From: an uncultured Pirellula sp.
GTDB taxonomy: Bacteria; Planctomycetota; Planctomycetia; Pirellulales; Pirellulaceae
DNA: 35,101 nucleotides
Assembly: GCA_964464255.1 (NCBI GenBank)
Contig: CAYXFO010000003.1
Coordinates: 1 to 35,101 of the forward strand
Direction: 5' to 3'
This document shows, piece by piece, positions 34,545 to 35,101 of this stretch. Each line of letters opens with the position of its first letter. Position 1 is the stretch's first letter. A model generated the notes under the pieces. That model saw nothing but the letters and a program-made list of their open reading frames with translations, ran no database searches and had not been told where the DNA came from. The position numbers and the translations under genes are program-made.

Positions 34545-35101
34545 ATGCGTCTTGATCGCACGTTCTACTCCCAGCCAACGATTCGCCTCGCAAAGAGCCT
34601 TCTCGGCAAACATTTCGTCCATGAATCGGACGCGGGACGATTGTCGGGTTGGATCGTCGAGGTGGAAGCCTACCTATGGCGCAACGATCCCGCGTGTCAT
34701 GCAGCCCGAGGGTTGACCAACAAGAATCGTTCTATGTTCGCTCAGCCCGGCACGCTCTATGTCTATTGCATCCACTCCTGTTGGTGCATGAATGTCGTCA
34801 GTGAAATCGAAGGCCGCGGCGCCGCCGTTCTTATCCGTGCGATCGAACCGATCGAAGGGGTCAATCCTATGCTCAGGCATCGAGGGGTCTCGGATCCGGT
34901 CGAGCTGACCAATGGACCGGGCAAGCTCTGCCAAGCATTCGGTCTTCATCGTCCGCATGACGGCATCGATCTGGTCCAACACGACTCTCTATGGATCGAG
35001 GTCCCTGAGCAATCCCCTCGCTTTCGCATCGCCCGATCGACTCGCATTGGCATCCGGCAAGGTACGAATCTGCTGTACAGATACTTCGTCGACGGAAACC
35101 G
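34545..35101 (+). CDS. mpg: DNA-3-methyladenine glycosylase (MPG/AAG family), 3'-truncated by the window end
   Basis: Manual translation from ATG 34545: LAKSLLGK, IVEVEAY, DPACHA, PGTLYVY, AVLIRAIEP, TNGPGKLCQA, STRIGI. It is absent from the ORF track because no stop falls in the window. Confidence 0.92.
   Translation, partial: MRLDRTFYSQPTIRLAKSLLGKHFVHESDAGRLSGWIVEVEAYLWRNDPACHAARGLTNKNRSMFAQPGTLYVYCIHSCWCMNVVSEIEGRGAAVLIRAIEPIEGVNPMLRHRGVSDPVELTNGPGKLCQAFGLHRPHDGIDLVQHDSLWIEVPEQSPRFRIARSTRIGIRQGTNLLYRYFVDGN

Overview
A 35.1-kb, densely coding chromosomal window that looks like a planctomycete (Pirellulaceae-like). The lineage call rests on the DUF1501/PSD1 cytochrome pair, the ECF sigma-Ser/Thr kinase module and the TAT-exported Gfo/Idh/MocA protein. 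From left to right: (1) a minus-strand EF-hand / PSD1-cytochrome c / DUF1501 operon, divergent from a translationally coupled ECF sigma / Ser/Thr kinase / PepSY-TM::sulfatase fusion operon; (2) a CPA2 antiporter; (3) a minus-strand run of Gfo/Idh/MocA, uvrA (insertion domain missing), recO, bamD-like, lptE-like and lspA; (4) a repeat- and palindrome-rich intergenic region and a stand-alone 75-aa conserved gene; (5) a fabF-acp-ubiD operon, nhaD and an acetoacetate-CoA ligase; (6) topA followed by a GlxC-like GXGXG protein and a degenerate glutamate-synthase-like barrel; (7) a SurA/PpiD-like protein, a crotonase lacking both catalytic glutamates, and mpg, which runs off the window end. I saw no rRNA, tRNA, CRISPR array or mobile element. 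The best candidates for undescribed biology are the PepSY-sulfatase fusion under ECF/STK control, the KAS-ACP-UbiD coupling and the degenerate GlxC/GlxD-like pair. All family calls come from motif recognition by eye, not from database searches.
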